Source: Chrysochromulina tobinii
Lineage: Eukaryota
Reading direction: 5' to 3'
Length of the DNA: 32,111 bases
NCBI GenBank assembly: GCA_001275005.1
Contig: JWZX01002036.1
Span: 1 to 32,111, forward strand
Part shown: positions 20,421 to 31,920 of the stretch, piece after piece
How the letters are laid out: every line of letters begins with the position of its first letter
Position numbering within the stretch: the stretch's first letter is position 1
Position numbers and translations under genes: made by a program
The notes under the pieces: model-generated
The model's input: only the letters and a program-made list of their open reading frames with translations
Database searches by the model: none
Told to the model about the DNA's origin: nothing

Positions 20421-21425
20421 TACGTGTTGTGTGTATTCATATGAAGGGAGGCAGTCAGGGAATGGAGGCCACTCTGCCAGCACCGACTGACGTTGGCGGC
20501 GGAGCACCAGCCACACTCGGTGCGGGAGCGGACGGCGATCACCGCGGTTTCACGTATTTCATCACCGGCGCCTCACGGGGGATCGGGCTCGAGTTCGCTC
20601 GCGTGCTGCTGAAGCGCGGAGACAGTGTGATTGCAGCCGTGCGGGATCCGGCCGGAGCGTCGAAACTGGTGTCGCTAGCCGCGTCGGAGCAACGCCTGCG
20701 GATAGTGGATTTGGACGTCGCCGATCCAGACTCCCTCAAGACACTGCCGGAGCGACACGGTTCGACACCCGTCGACGTGCTAATTAACAACGCCGGGATG
20801 ACATCCAAGTCGAAGAAGATCGAGTCGATCGACGGCGCGGAGATGGCGAACGTGATGATGGTGAACTCCATCGCGCCGATGCTCGTGTCGTCTGCGCTGC
20901 TGCCGCACCTTCGGTCCGGCTCGCGGCGAACGATCGTGCAGATTTCGTCCATCATGGGCTCTATTGCCGGCAACAACACCGTAGAGTCGTCGTACGCCTA
21001 TCGCGCCTCGAAAGCAGCGTTGAACCAGTTCAACCGTTCCCTTGCAGCGGAGCTCCGCAGCGACGGGTTCACGTGCGTCGCGATGCATCCAGGCTGGGTG
21101 CGAACGGAACTGGGGGGCGCTGGCGGTCAACTATCCGTCGAAGAGAGCGTGGCCACCATGCTGCGCGTGATTGACGCACTGCGGGCAGACCAGACGGGCG
21201 CGTTCCTGAACTACGACGGAGCGCCTATAGCGTGGTAAATAGGTAATCATGGAAGGAAGAAGGTGGCGCGCAACTGTGATCGCGAGCATGAGAATGAAGC
21301 GACTGTGACGTGTGCGAGGTGTTGCCCTTCACGCTTTGAGTTTGGTCTGTGCGCGTGTTGGTGTGTTGTATGTAATGAATGTGCTGCTTACGTGTTGTGT
21401 GTATTCATAAGAATGAAGGGAGGCA
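20421..21425. repeat. Direct repeats (20421-20453 and 21389-21425) bracketing the SDR gene
   Basis: tacgtgttgtgtgtattcata[----/agaa]tgaagggaggca; identical apart from a 4-nt indel. Confidence 0.9.
20462..21238 (+). CDS. Short-chain dehydrogenase/reductase, CsgA/C-factor-like, intronless
   Basis: TGASRGIG, NNAG, catalytic S..YRASK, MHPGWVRTELGG, FLNYDG..IAW. Alternative ATG at 20441. Confidence 0.92.
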   Translation: MEATLPAPTDVGGGAPATLGAGADGDHRGFTYFITGASRGIGLEFARVLLKRGDSVIAAVRDPAGASKLVSLAASEQRLRIVDLDVADPDSLKTLPERHGSTPVDVLINNAGMTSKSKKIESIDGAEMANVMMVNSIAPMLVSSALLPHLRSGSRRTIVQISSIMGSIAGNNTVESSYAYRASKAALNQFNRSLAAELRSDGFTCVAMHPGWVRTELGGAGGQLSVEESVATMLRVIDALRADQTGAFLNYDGAPIAW

Positions 21426-21617
21426 TCCCGTAATGTTGTTTCGACTATTTAGCTTGCTTGTGCCGGCAACAAATTATTTGCGAAATCCGATGCATAAATG
21501 AGCTCCCATGGACACACACTCAACTCACTTGCCCTTCCGCCGTCCGTACCACGTAGTACTTCAAAGTAGAAGTGTGGAGCCCTCCGCCCTTGAAGAGTGC
21601 CCCGATTCAGGCCTGCC

Positions 21618-22739
21618 TCAAAGTGATGCAGGGGCGGGCAGCGGCGCGAAAGCATCGCAGAGGCCGATCAGGTCTCCTGCCGTCAGCATGTCGAAGTCGA
21701 CCGAGAGGACGTCGTCTTCGCTCTCTCGAGGCAGCTCGACGGGCTCGATTGACTCGATGAAGGGTGTCATTAGAGTCAGGCCTAGGAGTGGCGCCGCGTC
21801 CACAACCTCCACATCTGCGGGCTCCGCCTGGTCGCTGAGAGTCGCAAAAGAGAGTCTCACGGGCGGCAGCAGCGCCACGCCCATAGGGAGGAACTCGAAC
21901 ACCCCGCTGGAAAGGCCCGTCTGCTTCCGCATGAACGCAGCCTGAAGTTTGACTTCGAGATAGCCCTGGTCCAAGTGCGCTCGGCGCACGCGCACTGGGC
22001 TCTCCAGTGCCCCGTGCATCATCTTGTCGCTCTCGCACGCTGCCCGCCGGAAGAGCTGGGCGATCAAGGGCATGATTGCCGCGAGGTCCTCGGGGTGTAT
22101 GAAGACTTGCCACGCAGGACCCGTGTTCTGATCGTAGGCTCGGTTGAGAGCTTCAAGGCTACACACGTCGTGCTCAAAGGCCGCATTCGAATAGAAGTGG
22201 TTCGAACCACTCGGCATGACTGTGCGTGCCATGCAGTAGCCGCGTGACGCGCCTACGATTTGAAGGATTTCGAACGGGTGCGGACTGACGGAGTCGTCAT
22301 CCGGCGAGGAGTCAAACTTGAACACGTCGGACAAGCGCAACCCTCTCTTCTCACAGGTGCGAGCGCACTCCATAAAGAGAGTGTGCGCGTTGCGATGCCG
22401 CGCTATTGCTGCCATGTGCTGCAGACAGAAGAGCTCCGCCTCAGCCGATTCGGTTGCGGAGACCTCTCGCCAAATGTGTCCTTGGCCGCCAGATGAGGCC
22501 GCTAAGTCACAGTCTCTGAACGCCGTCAAGGCCACTGATGGTCCTACCGCAGTGACCGTCTCAGCCTGCGTCGACGCCCTCTGCAATGCAAACTGTGCCA
22601 TGTTTTTTGGTATCTTTGTTGGCGCCTCCTCACAAATCAATCCGAGACGCGTGCAGCGCGCACACGGCTCTCCTGATGTAAAGTTGCAGCGGACCTTGGA
22701 CACCTTGCAAGCCTTGCAGACGCGTGCTGGGGGCGGCAT
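21618..22739 (-). CDS. Zn(II)2Cys6 binuclear-cluster transcription factor with a putative PAS-like C-terminal region
   Basis: CKACKVSKVRCNFTSGEPCARCTRLGLIC (C-x2-C-x6-C-x7-C-x2-C-x6-C) at 22718-22632. FYSNAAF..FIHPEDL resembles a PAS core. First in-frame ATG at 22739; the frame is open to 22892. Confidence 0.8.
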   Translation of the reverse strand: MPPPARVCKACKVSKVRCNFTSGEPCARCTRLGLICEEAPTKIPKNMAQFALQRASTQAETVTAVGPSVALTAFRDCDLAASSGGQGHIWREVSATESAEAELFCLQHMAAIARHRNAHTLFMECARTCEKRGLRLSDVFKFDSSPDDDSVSPHPFEILQIVGASRGYCMARTVMPSGSNHFYSNAAFEHDVCSLEALNRAYDQNTGPAWQVFIHPEDLAAIMPLIAQLFRRAACESDKMMHGALESPVRVRRAHLDQGYLEVKLQAAFMRKQTGLSSGVFEFLPMGVALLPPVRLSFATLSDQAEPADVEVVDAAPLLGLTLMTPFIESIEPVELPRESEDDVLSVDFDMLTAGDLIGLCDAFAPLPAPASL

Positions 22740-23230
22740 GCACAACGGTTTGGCGGCCGATCCAGGGCGCAATTGTCGACACCTGGGGCACGATCGTGTG
22801 TCGATGATGAATGTTTTCGACGGACCCGGGGGGAGTCGCGCAGAGGGATCGATGTGGCCCTGCTTCTGGAGTTGGTCCGTCCGTTCTTTCACGCTGTTGA
22901 TGTGTATTCACACCATCACGTAAAAACAGCAATACTTGTACTGGACTCTCGAAATGAAGACAGGCAGGCGGCGAGCTGAGAAGCTACAGCCAAAAAAGAG
23001 AAAGTGCGGCGAGACCCACGTTCACTCAACCCACCGTTCATTCAACCACACGCGCCACACGTCTACCTCCGAGCTAACAGCGATATCGATGTGACACAGA
23101 TGTGTCCCGGTCACGTGCCCAGCAGTGGGCTCCACGTTAGGCTCCACCGCCCGACGTTTTTTTGATTACAATTGTACTGTATGAATTGGGGTTGAATTGG
23201 GGTGTCTGGAAACGTCTCCGCACTCAGGGG

Positions 23231-25895
23231 TCACCGCACGCCCACGCGCACATCGAAGACATCGCCTGGGCGCGCGCCTCTTGGGACGAGAGCCGAGAGC
23301 GTGCCACCACCAAGCTCGCTAGGCACGCGCACCTCGAGGATGCTGCCCGGACCAGCCCACATGGGCACCTCTACCTCGAATACGTCCTCGTCGTCCTCGT
23401 CGTCCTCGTCGTCCTCATCGTCCTCGTCGTCCTCGTACGCGTAACGGTACGGCGCGTCGTCACGGGCGTCATCATAGTCTTCATCCACCGCGTCCTCGTC
23501 CTCTTCTTGTGCGCCGTCTTGGGTTGCCGCCAAGGGGAGATGCGCCGATCGGAGCGCCGGCGCGGGCGCGGGCTGCGGCGGCTCGTCGTCGCTCCTGCAT
23601 GCAAGCGTCGTCCCGAGCATCGTCCCTAATTTGGGCTGCGGCGGCTCGTCGTCGTCGTCGTTGCCGCCGTTGCCCGCGACCGCCGTCCACCCATGCCTTC
23701 GCTTCCCACCGCGGGCTTCCACCTCCTCGCTCTCCTCTTCCTCCTCGCTCTCCTCTTCCTCCTCGGTCTCGCTCTCGTAGTCACTTCCGCTCTCACTCTC
23801 CCCCTCCTCCTCGTCCTCCTCGTCCTCCTCGTCCTCCTCGTCCTCCACGTCCTCCACGTCCTCGGCGCCCACACCAAACAGGTCGATAAGAATTTGCTGC
23901 ACCGCCGCCGCTTTCGCCCGGCTGCCCTGCGCCTGCCGCAGCATGTCCAGCAGCCCCGCCTTCTGAGCCTCGAACGTCGCTGCCTCCTCCGCCTCCGCCA
24001 TCGCCGCGGCAGCGCTGCCCGTTGCGTTCCCTTCGCGCTGTCGCAACGGGCGGCGACTCTGCCGGTAACCGTTCAGTAGCCTCTCGACCACCGCCGTAAG
24101 CGCTTGCGGCCCTCCCCCTTCGCCTCCGCCCGCGAGAGGAGGCGCAGACGAGACACAGACGATGAACTCCGCGCCCGGTGCGACGCCCGGCGGCACGCGT
24201 GTGAGGACGAGGCCCGATCCCTCCGGCAGCGCCACCACAAGCTCATCGCCCACGTGGGATCCCTCAGGGCACTCGACGATGATTTCATCGAAAGCAGAGC
24301 CTGCGCCGCCCGCAGCGCCGCCAGAGCCGTTGCGGCCGCCGCGGAGCGCGCCTTGCGCCGCGGCGTTTCCCCGCCCCCCCCCGACGCTCGGGTGAGATGG
24401 CGAGGCGCGCCCCTCGAGCGACGAACGATCTCGCTCGCGGGAGATCGCGCGGGAGATCGCGCGGCCTCCAAGCCCGCCGCCGCTGCCGCGAGCGTTTGAG
24501 CCGCCTCCCGGACCGCCGCCGTCTCGTTTGTGTCGGCCGTTCGGGGCTGGCCCTTCGAAAGGTCCGCCGGCTGTCTCGCCGCCGAGAACGCGCGAAAAGC
24601 TCCCCGCCGGCATCGCCGATCGCCCAGCACGGCGCCCGTCCACACGCGCGTCCGCGCGGCGCGAGCTTGTGGTATACAGCCCCGAGCGCGTCTGCGCCAA
24701 GGACCCTTCATTCCGCAGGGGCGAGGAAGCCCTGCCCTCCGCCTCCGCCTCGCCCGCGTTCATCTTGGGCCGATGACGCGTAAGCCTCTCGACCGATTCT
24801 TTTTGGACGGACGGGTCCAGTCGGTTGGCGCCGCTGCGCTTCCGCTCCTTCTCCTTCTCGTCCTCAGCGAGCCTCGCAAGGGCCTTCGAAGACTTGGGCG
24901 GTCTGTGGAGCCGCTCGATGCGCTGCATCAGGTCGGCCGCCGAGATGACGATGGCCGGCTTCGGCGCGCGCACTCGCTCCCCCTTGTGCTTTGTATGGGC
25001 ACCGTTGTGGGCGCCGCCGTTCTGATCGCCCAAGCGGCCAGCGTCGTTCGCAGAGACATGAGGCTGGGCTGGTGGTAACCACGACGGGCTGCGGCGACGC
25101 CGGTCGCTGCCTATTCGCTTCTGCTTGACGAGCGAGTTGAGGAAGGCTAAGGCCGTGGACCCACCACCAAGGGCCGGCCCGGCACCCAGGCCACTGACCG
25201 GCCCGCCGTCGTCGAGGGATGCGACGGCGCCCATCTCGGCGCCCATCTCGCTCGACGGCGGTGGCGGCGCACTGGTGGCGGCGCCCTTCCCGGCGCGCGG
25301 TCGGCTGTGGAAGCTGATTCCCTCGTTGAAGGTCACACGACGGACGGACCGGCGGCGCGAGGGGGACATGTGCGAGGGCGAGGTGCGGGGCGAGGCGCGC
25401 GAGGAGGGCGCGCGAGGAGGGGGCGAGCTGGCGCGGAAGGCCGTGTAGCCGGGCTCGCGCTCAACTCGGCGCGTCGTCTGCGCGCCGCACTCGGCTCGGA
25501 TGCCTTCGCCCGCGCCAAAGAGCGCCGCCGACCCAACGGAAGGGCCGGAAGCGGCTGCACCACGAGCACGCGGCGCATCGTTCTCATCGTCCAGAGCCGC
25601 CGCACGGGCAGCACGCGGCGCATCGTTCTCGTCGTCCAGAGCCGCCGCGTACTCAGCCGCAGACGAGGACGCCCGCGACGGCGCGGAGCGATCAGCCCTC
25701 GGGCCGCTGCCAGAGTAGGCGCGGGTCGGCGGCGGCATCACACCCGTCTTGAGCGCCATCTCGAGGCCCCTGCGCCGCGCGCCTCTGGCCAGCACGCGCT
25801 CGTCGTGTAGCCGCGCCACCGACGCCGCCATCGCCTTCACACTCAGCTTCGGGTGCGTCGCCGCCCAAGCCGCCATCGCCGCCGCCCCCGAATGA

Positions 25896-25941
<46 letters not shown>

Positions 25942-28147
25942 TGCTGCTGCTGCGCTTCGTCGCGGTCAACGCGGGCGCCTTCGTGGGCGCATCTCTCTCC
26001 TCCTCGGTGCCGAGGCTCACAGAACCCTTCATCATCGCGGGTGCCTTCGTGGGCGCGTCTCTCTCCTCGGCACCGAGGCTCACAGAACCCTTCACCGCCG
26101 TGCCAGCCTCAGCCTCCCCATCGGCCTCCTTGAGCATTGCTGCCAGTACCGCCTCGTACCGCCTGGCCTCGTCCTCCTCCTCCTCTGACAGCGCCGCAAG
26201 CATCTCGCCGTCGCGCCGTCGCTGCACCTCGTCGGCAGGCGTGTTCCACTGGCCGTTGGTAGACATGAAGCGCTTCAGATGGTGCTCAACGTCCGCACTC
26301 GCCTGGCCACGCAACCTGCCGAATCTCCGCTGATCTCGCTCGCGCTGGCGTACAGGGGCATCGTGCAGCCGCGTGACGCCGCCTGCTGAGCTCGGCCGTG
26401 CCGGCGAGCCGAGCGCCACCCACTGTTTGCCACGCAGCACCATGCGCGCAGGCACGCCGGGGCGGAGGGGCGGCGGTAAGGAGATGGCATCCAGAGCCGA
26501 CGCCGTTTGTCGAGATGGCGAGCCGCGAGCGTCGCCGCCCCTTGCGCCGCTGCTGGCGGCTGCTCCCGTGTGTGCCAGAAAGCCCTCGACGCTCGTGACG
26601 ACGCTCGTGCCTCGTCCACCGCCGGCGGCGCCAGCGGCCGTGAGTGCGAGGATGCCTTCGACGCTACTCTTCGAGCCTGCACCTGCACCTGTGCCTGCGC
26701 CTGCGCAGCTGCGCCCGACGAGTCGATCGAGAGCGCTCTCGAGCTGACGATTGCCCAGCACGGCGCTCTCGAGCTGACGATTGCCCACGAGAGCGCTCTC
26801 TAGCTGACGATTGCCCAGCACGCCGCCGCCGCCGCCGCCGACCACTCCGCCGCCACCGCTTGCTGCGAGGAAGCCTTTAACGCTGCTACTGCCGCCTGCG
26901 AGGAAGCCTTCAACGCTGCTACTGCCGCCTGCGAGGAAGCCTTCAAAGCTGCTGCTTCTGCCGTCTGCGCCTGCACCGCTCACGCTGCCGTCCGCGCCGC
27001 CGCCCTTGCTTAGCAAAGCGTCTATAACGCCGTCGGGAGACGCCGCGATGGCTGGATCGGTTGTAGGAATACCCAGGCAGGCGAGGAAGCCCGAAGCACC
27101 TTCTACCCGGCCGCCGCTGCCGGCGCCGCCACCGCCGGCGCCGCCATCGAAAGCTAGAAAGCCCTCGATGCCACCACCGCGATTGGCGTCAACAGCACCG
27201 CCGCCGCCAGCTAGAAAGCCCTCGATGCCACCACCGCCATTGCCAGCGACGCCACCGAGCAATGCAGCCACCGCTGCCACCTTGTCGGCGCCCGAGGGCG
27301 CTGGCTTGCCGGCGGCCTCTACCGTTCGCTTCTGCCTCGGGAATCGAATCAACTGGCGCTCGGCGTCGAGCCCTTGGCACGTGAGCCTTGGGGCGGCGAC
27401 CCAGCCGGCGCCGTCCCACGCTTGCCACGGCGAGCCGCTCCACGTGCGCGGTACATGCGGTGGGAGTCCAACGGCAGCCTCGGCGTCCGGAAGGAGAAGA
27501 AAGGCGTCCACGGCAGCGTCGGAGAGCTTTGCAGCCCACTCGGGCGCGCCATGTTGCAGGCGCTCCATGGAGCGTTCCGTCTGCACGAGCCAGCCGCGTG
27601 GCCCGTAGGCGAGCCACCTGTCGCGCGCCGCTGCGTGCCTCCACACAGGCCGCCCGCGCAGCCTCAGCCCGTCAACAAGCTTGTACATCCCGAGGCTATC
27701 GCCGATGGTCGCCTCGAGCGCCGCCGGCAAAGCACCCGCCCGCATCTCGATGCGCATGAACCGTGGCGGTGCTTCAAGAAGCCGTGCGAGATTGGAAACG
27801 CCCGCCATCCTGAGCGAGGCGTCCTCCTTGCCGAAGTAGTACTCGGCGTCTGGCGCCACCCACTCAGGTGGCAGCGGTGCAAGCGGTGGTGGTCGCACCG
27901 CCGGCGGCGGCTGCTGCTGCTGCTGCTGATGATGATGATGCGTCCTTGCTTGGCGCTGGCCAGTCACCTTGCGAAGCAGGCGACGCACTGCGGCAGCACC
28001 GACCTTGGCGTCGGCCTTCGAGGCGCCCGGCTTTCCCGTGAGGCGCTCGGCTGCAGTCGCGTCGGGAAAGGAGGCATCGCGCAACGCGGCTACCAGCGGG
28101 TCTGTGGGCTGCTGCTCACCCACCGTCACGCTGGGCGCGGCACCCAT
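23231..28147 (-). CDS. 1,638-aa low-complexity protein with internal peptide repeats, acidic tracts and two small V-x-VP-x-G-xx-PG modules
   Basis: Uninterrupted ATG-to-TGA ORF. Repeats EGFLA (about 6 plus variants), VLGNRQLESA x3, KGSVSLGxEE.DAPTKAPA x2, AAALDDENDAPRA x2; poly-G/Q/E/D tracts; N-terminus MGAAPS. Confidence 0.7.
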
Positions 28148-28544
28148 GTGGCGCGGTAGGGCGGTTGGTCCGCCCTGATCAAGACAACGCTAAATCTTTC
28201 ACACAAAGGACGAAGGAGTCAAGGGTGGGAATTTAGATTTTAGAGGAGAACATTTGATCCTAAAACGTCACTCGAGCTGATCATATGTCCGTTCCAATGC
28301 TCGAACCAAAACGAGAAAACGTCCGCTCATCAGGCTCAGGGTCTCAGCCGCTCCACAGCTCGCTCGCGACTCGCCCCTCTCCGGAAACATTGGAGGGACA
28401 TAGCCCGTAAGAATCCAGGAGGCAGGCACGAGGCGGCCATCTCTCGTCGGATCACTGAGCTGACGTAATGACGTTCCCAATCCGACCCTCGCGGGTCAGT
28501 ACCCCACGAGGAGACTACTGTAGTACGTACAAGAGCCACAACCA

Positions 28545-29363
28545 TCAGTCGACCTTTTTGCTCTTGCTCTTGCTGGGGCTCGAGTAGACCACGCCCTTCT
28601 TTGTGGGAGTCTCGGCCTGCATGGGTGGCGCGTCCGTGGATGGTGGTCCCTTGAAACCGTCGAATCCGTGGAGATACGACCGCGCCGCAATCGCCCCCAG
28701 GGCCGAGCCAAGAAAGGACGCGAGGCCGAATTGGCACAGAAAGTGCTTCGGGCTCAGCTTCGTGCCGTAGAGGATGTAGTTCGTGATGGCTCCCGACGGA
28801 TCCATGTTTGCGCCGGTTTGCACGATCAGCATGATGACCAGGCCGACGACAAGGACTGAGGCTGGGCGCATGCTGAACCGGGCGCAAATGATCTCGGTCA
28901 AGTTTACGTTGATTGTGGACGCGATGAGCTCAATTTTGCATGCGAGCAGGAAGGCATTGATATCCAAATCTGTTTCCTGCTGCGGTGGAGGAATGTCGAT
29001 CATCACAGGGAGCACGACTGCCGAGGCAAGTGCGCCTGCAACCTGGGTGAGCATCTTCAACACCATCGTGTTGAAGGTTATGTTGCCGCAGAGGTACGCC
29101 GAGAGGGAAATGATCGGATTGAGGTGCGCGCCGCTGGGAAAGGCGTACAACATGATGAGCAGCCCGAGCAGCGTGAGCATCGCGTTGAAGCCAAAGAACT
29201 TCTGCACGAGCGTCAGCAAGATCGTGAACAGAATCTTGCCAAAGAATTCGTGCTGCAGCTTAAGAGGCGAGCTCAGCGCCGCGGCTCGAAGAGTGGAAGA
29301 GCTAAACAGCACGGCCGGGAGCAGCCAGCCGAACCCAATGGCAACAGCAGTCGGGCCGTCCAT
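28545..29363 (-). CDS. Divergent major intrinsic protein (aquaporin-like) with non-canonical NPA boxes
   Basis: About six hydrophobic segments; SGAHLNPIISL (MIP signature region) and GANMDPSGAI; conserved helix Glu residues (HEFFG, KIELIAST). Start could be 29417. Confidence 0.8.
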   Translation of the reverse strand: MDGPTAVAIGFGWLLPAVLFSSSTLRAAALSSPLKLQHEFFGKILFTILLTLVQKFFGFNAMLTLLGLLIMLYAFPSGAHLNPIISLSAYLCGNITFNTMVLKMLTQVAGALASAVVLPVMIDIPPPQQETDLDINAFLLACKIELIASTINVNLTEIICARFSMRPASVLVVGLVIMLIVQTGANMDPSGAITNYILYGTKLSPKHFLCQFGLASFLGSALGAIAARSYLHGFDGFKGPPSTDAPPMQAETPTKKGVVYSSPSKSKSKKVD

Positions 29364-29532
29364 GATCTCGTCGCGGAGGCGCCCTGCCCAGATGGCCCGA
29401 AACTTGCCGTGAATCATCCACTTTATACCCTCCTGTGCAGTTGGAGCTCCACGGTGTGACCTCAAAACTTCCCGCCGTTACATCTCGACGCCTTCGCCGC
29501 GAAGCCCCCTGAAGGGCTATAGCCAACGGCCT

Positions 29533-31889
29533 ATGTCAACCACCGCCATTCGCTCGCTGGACAGCATCCTCGCGGCCCGCAAGGCGCAAGTCACGCAAGC
29601 CCGGACACAGCACCTCATCAGCCTGCCACGCAACGGAGATGACTACGATAGCGACGACGACGAAGAAGTCGACGGTGATCAGCACACGGGCGGCACCGCT
29701 CACCGCCCCGCTCAGGCTGCGCTCGACCTCGGCCGCGCGGCTAACCAGATCGCGTCGCGCGAGACGGACGTGCGTAAGCGGACGCTCGCGGCGCTCGCCG
29801 AGGCTGAGCTGAACGCGGACCAGCTCAAGCCGCTGCTCCGGCCGCTGCTGCTGCGCTTCGCCGACGAGGCGGAAAAGTGCCGCGACCTAGCTGTTGCGCT
29901 CTTCAGCCGTTGGCAGCGGGCCGTGGACGCGTCCGAGGTGGCTGGCGCGCTTCCCTTCCTCGTGCCGGTCATGGTTGAACGCCTCGGCTCGGACACGGGT
30001 ACCGAGCCGTCGGAGGAGGTGCGCGCGGCGCTCGTGACGCTCATGCGCGACGTGCTGCTCAAGTGCCGCGCGCTGCTGCGCCCATACCTGCGCGAGTGCG
30101 GCGCGATCGCACTGGGCTGCTGCCGCGACCAGCACCCAGATGTGATCAAGGGGCTGTGCGAGCTGCTCGCGGTCGTCGCTGTCGAGGTGCTCATGCCCCT
30201 CGTGAAGGCGAACGGCGACGGGCCGAAGCAGGTGAAGCCGTTCTCGATGAAGCTCCTCGAAGCGGTGTTGCCACACATCCGGCACCGGCACGCGGCGGTG
30301 CGCACGAGCGTGCTGCGCGCGCTCGAGGAGCTGCTCCTCTGCGGCGCCGGCTCATTCGTCGAGACCCTTGTCGGCTGGCGCCTCAAGAACAATGTGCCCA
30401 TCAAGGAGTTTTACGGCAAGGGAGACGCCCGGCTCAACTATCTCGCGGATCTCTCGCGCGACCGGTCGGTGATCGTGCGCCGGCAGCTGCACAAGACGAT
30501 GAGCCGCTGGATGAGCGAGATGCAGCCCGAGGACTTGTACGAGCAGGAGGTGCGCCTCGCGCCCTACCTTGCCTCCGGCTTGTGCGACGAGGATGCAGAG
30601 ACGGCCGAGGCGGCACGGCGCGAGATCGAGAGGTTGGGCGCCGAGCACATTGAGAAGAACATCAAAGACTACCGCGAGCGTATCGAGTACGGGCATGCCG
30701 ACGAGGCGGCCGCGGCCCGCGCCATCACGCTCAAGCCGCCGCCGCCCTTTAAGTGCCGCCCGACGCTCGGCGCGCGTGAGCGCATCATGCCGCACTTCCG
30801 ATGCCTCATCCACCCAATTTGCGCTGAGCTCGACACCTGGACTAGCGTCGAGCGGCTGCAGAGCGCGCGGCTGCTCGAGGTGCTGCTCGTGTACGTCGAG
30901 GGCAAGGTGACCGAGTTCGCGCACCAGCTGCTCCCCGCGCTCGCCAAGGGCGTCGACGAGGACAACCCCGAGCTCGCGGTGCTCGTCGGTCGTGCCGCGC
31001 GTCAGTTCGCGCAGTTTACCGAGGTCGACGAGTACCTGCCGCAGCTCGTCACGTCAGCGAGCGATGACGCGCTCAATCCGCTCTCGAAGCGCGTGCAGCA
31101 CGTGCGGCTGCTGCAGCCGCTGCTCGAAGGGATGCGTCCGAAGGCTGCCGCGTACGCCCTGCGCAAATACGTGGTGCCTCTCGTCGCAGACGAGGCGCAC
31201 TGCGGCACGCAGCACACGCAGCTGCGCAAGGCGGTGCGGACGATGCTCGCCGCAGCGCTGCCCGCGAGCCTGCAGGCGGCATCGGCCGAGCTGCGCGCGC
31301 ACCAGGACGTGCGCGATCCGTTGGGCTTCCACCTGCTCATGGCGACGCTCGTTCATTGCGCGTCGGACCCGGCGCTGGTGCCCACGACGGTCGTCACGAA
31401 ACTTGGGGACGGGCTCGAAGAGACGTCGACGAAATACGACGAGGGCGCGTGGGCGCGGGCCTCCGAGCTCGCACGCTCCCTCGCGCCGCCGCTGCTGGCG
31501 CCCCTAGGCCCGGACGACGAGGGCCGCATGGCGGCGGAGGAAGAGAGCGCCGACGAGGCTCGTGTGTGGGCCGTATGGCGCACGAAGTTGGCCGCGCGGC
31601 TGCAGGCTGAGGGGCACGCGTATCCTGAGTTTGCCGAGACGGCGCTCGAGCTGCTCGATCGGCTCGCGCCACTGGGCGCCGCCGTGCCTCGTCCTGGGCT
31701 GCGCCCCACATCCACCTTCGTGCCGGCTCCCACGTTACCGACCGTCGCGAAGGATAAGTCGGCGCCCGCGCCGCGCCGTGTGCTCGCTATCGCCGAATGC
31801 GATGACTTCTCAGAGGATGAGGACGACGAGGCGGTGGTTCCGGCGGCAGTTGCCGCAGCGTCGGCAGCGGCGGCGGCGGCGGCGGCGGC

Positions 31890-31920
<31 letters not shown>

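Noticed and set aside
22740..22892. N-terminal extension of the Zn2Cys6 ORF from GTG with an extra CxxC
   Set aside because: It needs a non-ATG start or an unidentified upstream exon, so it cannot be supported without transcripts.
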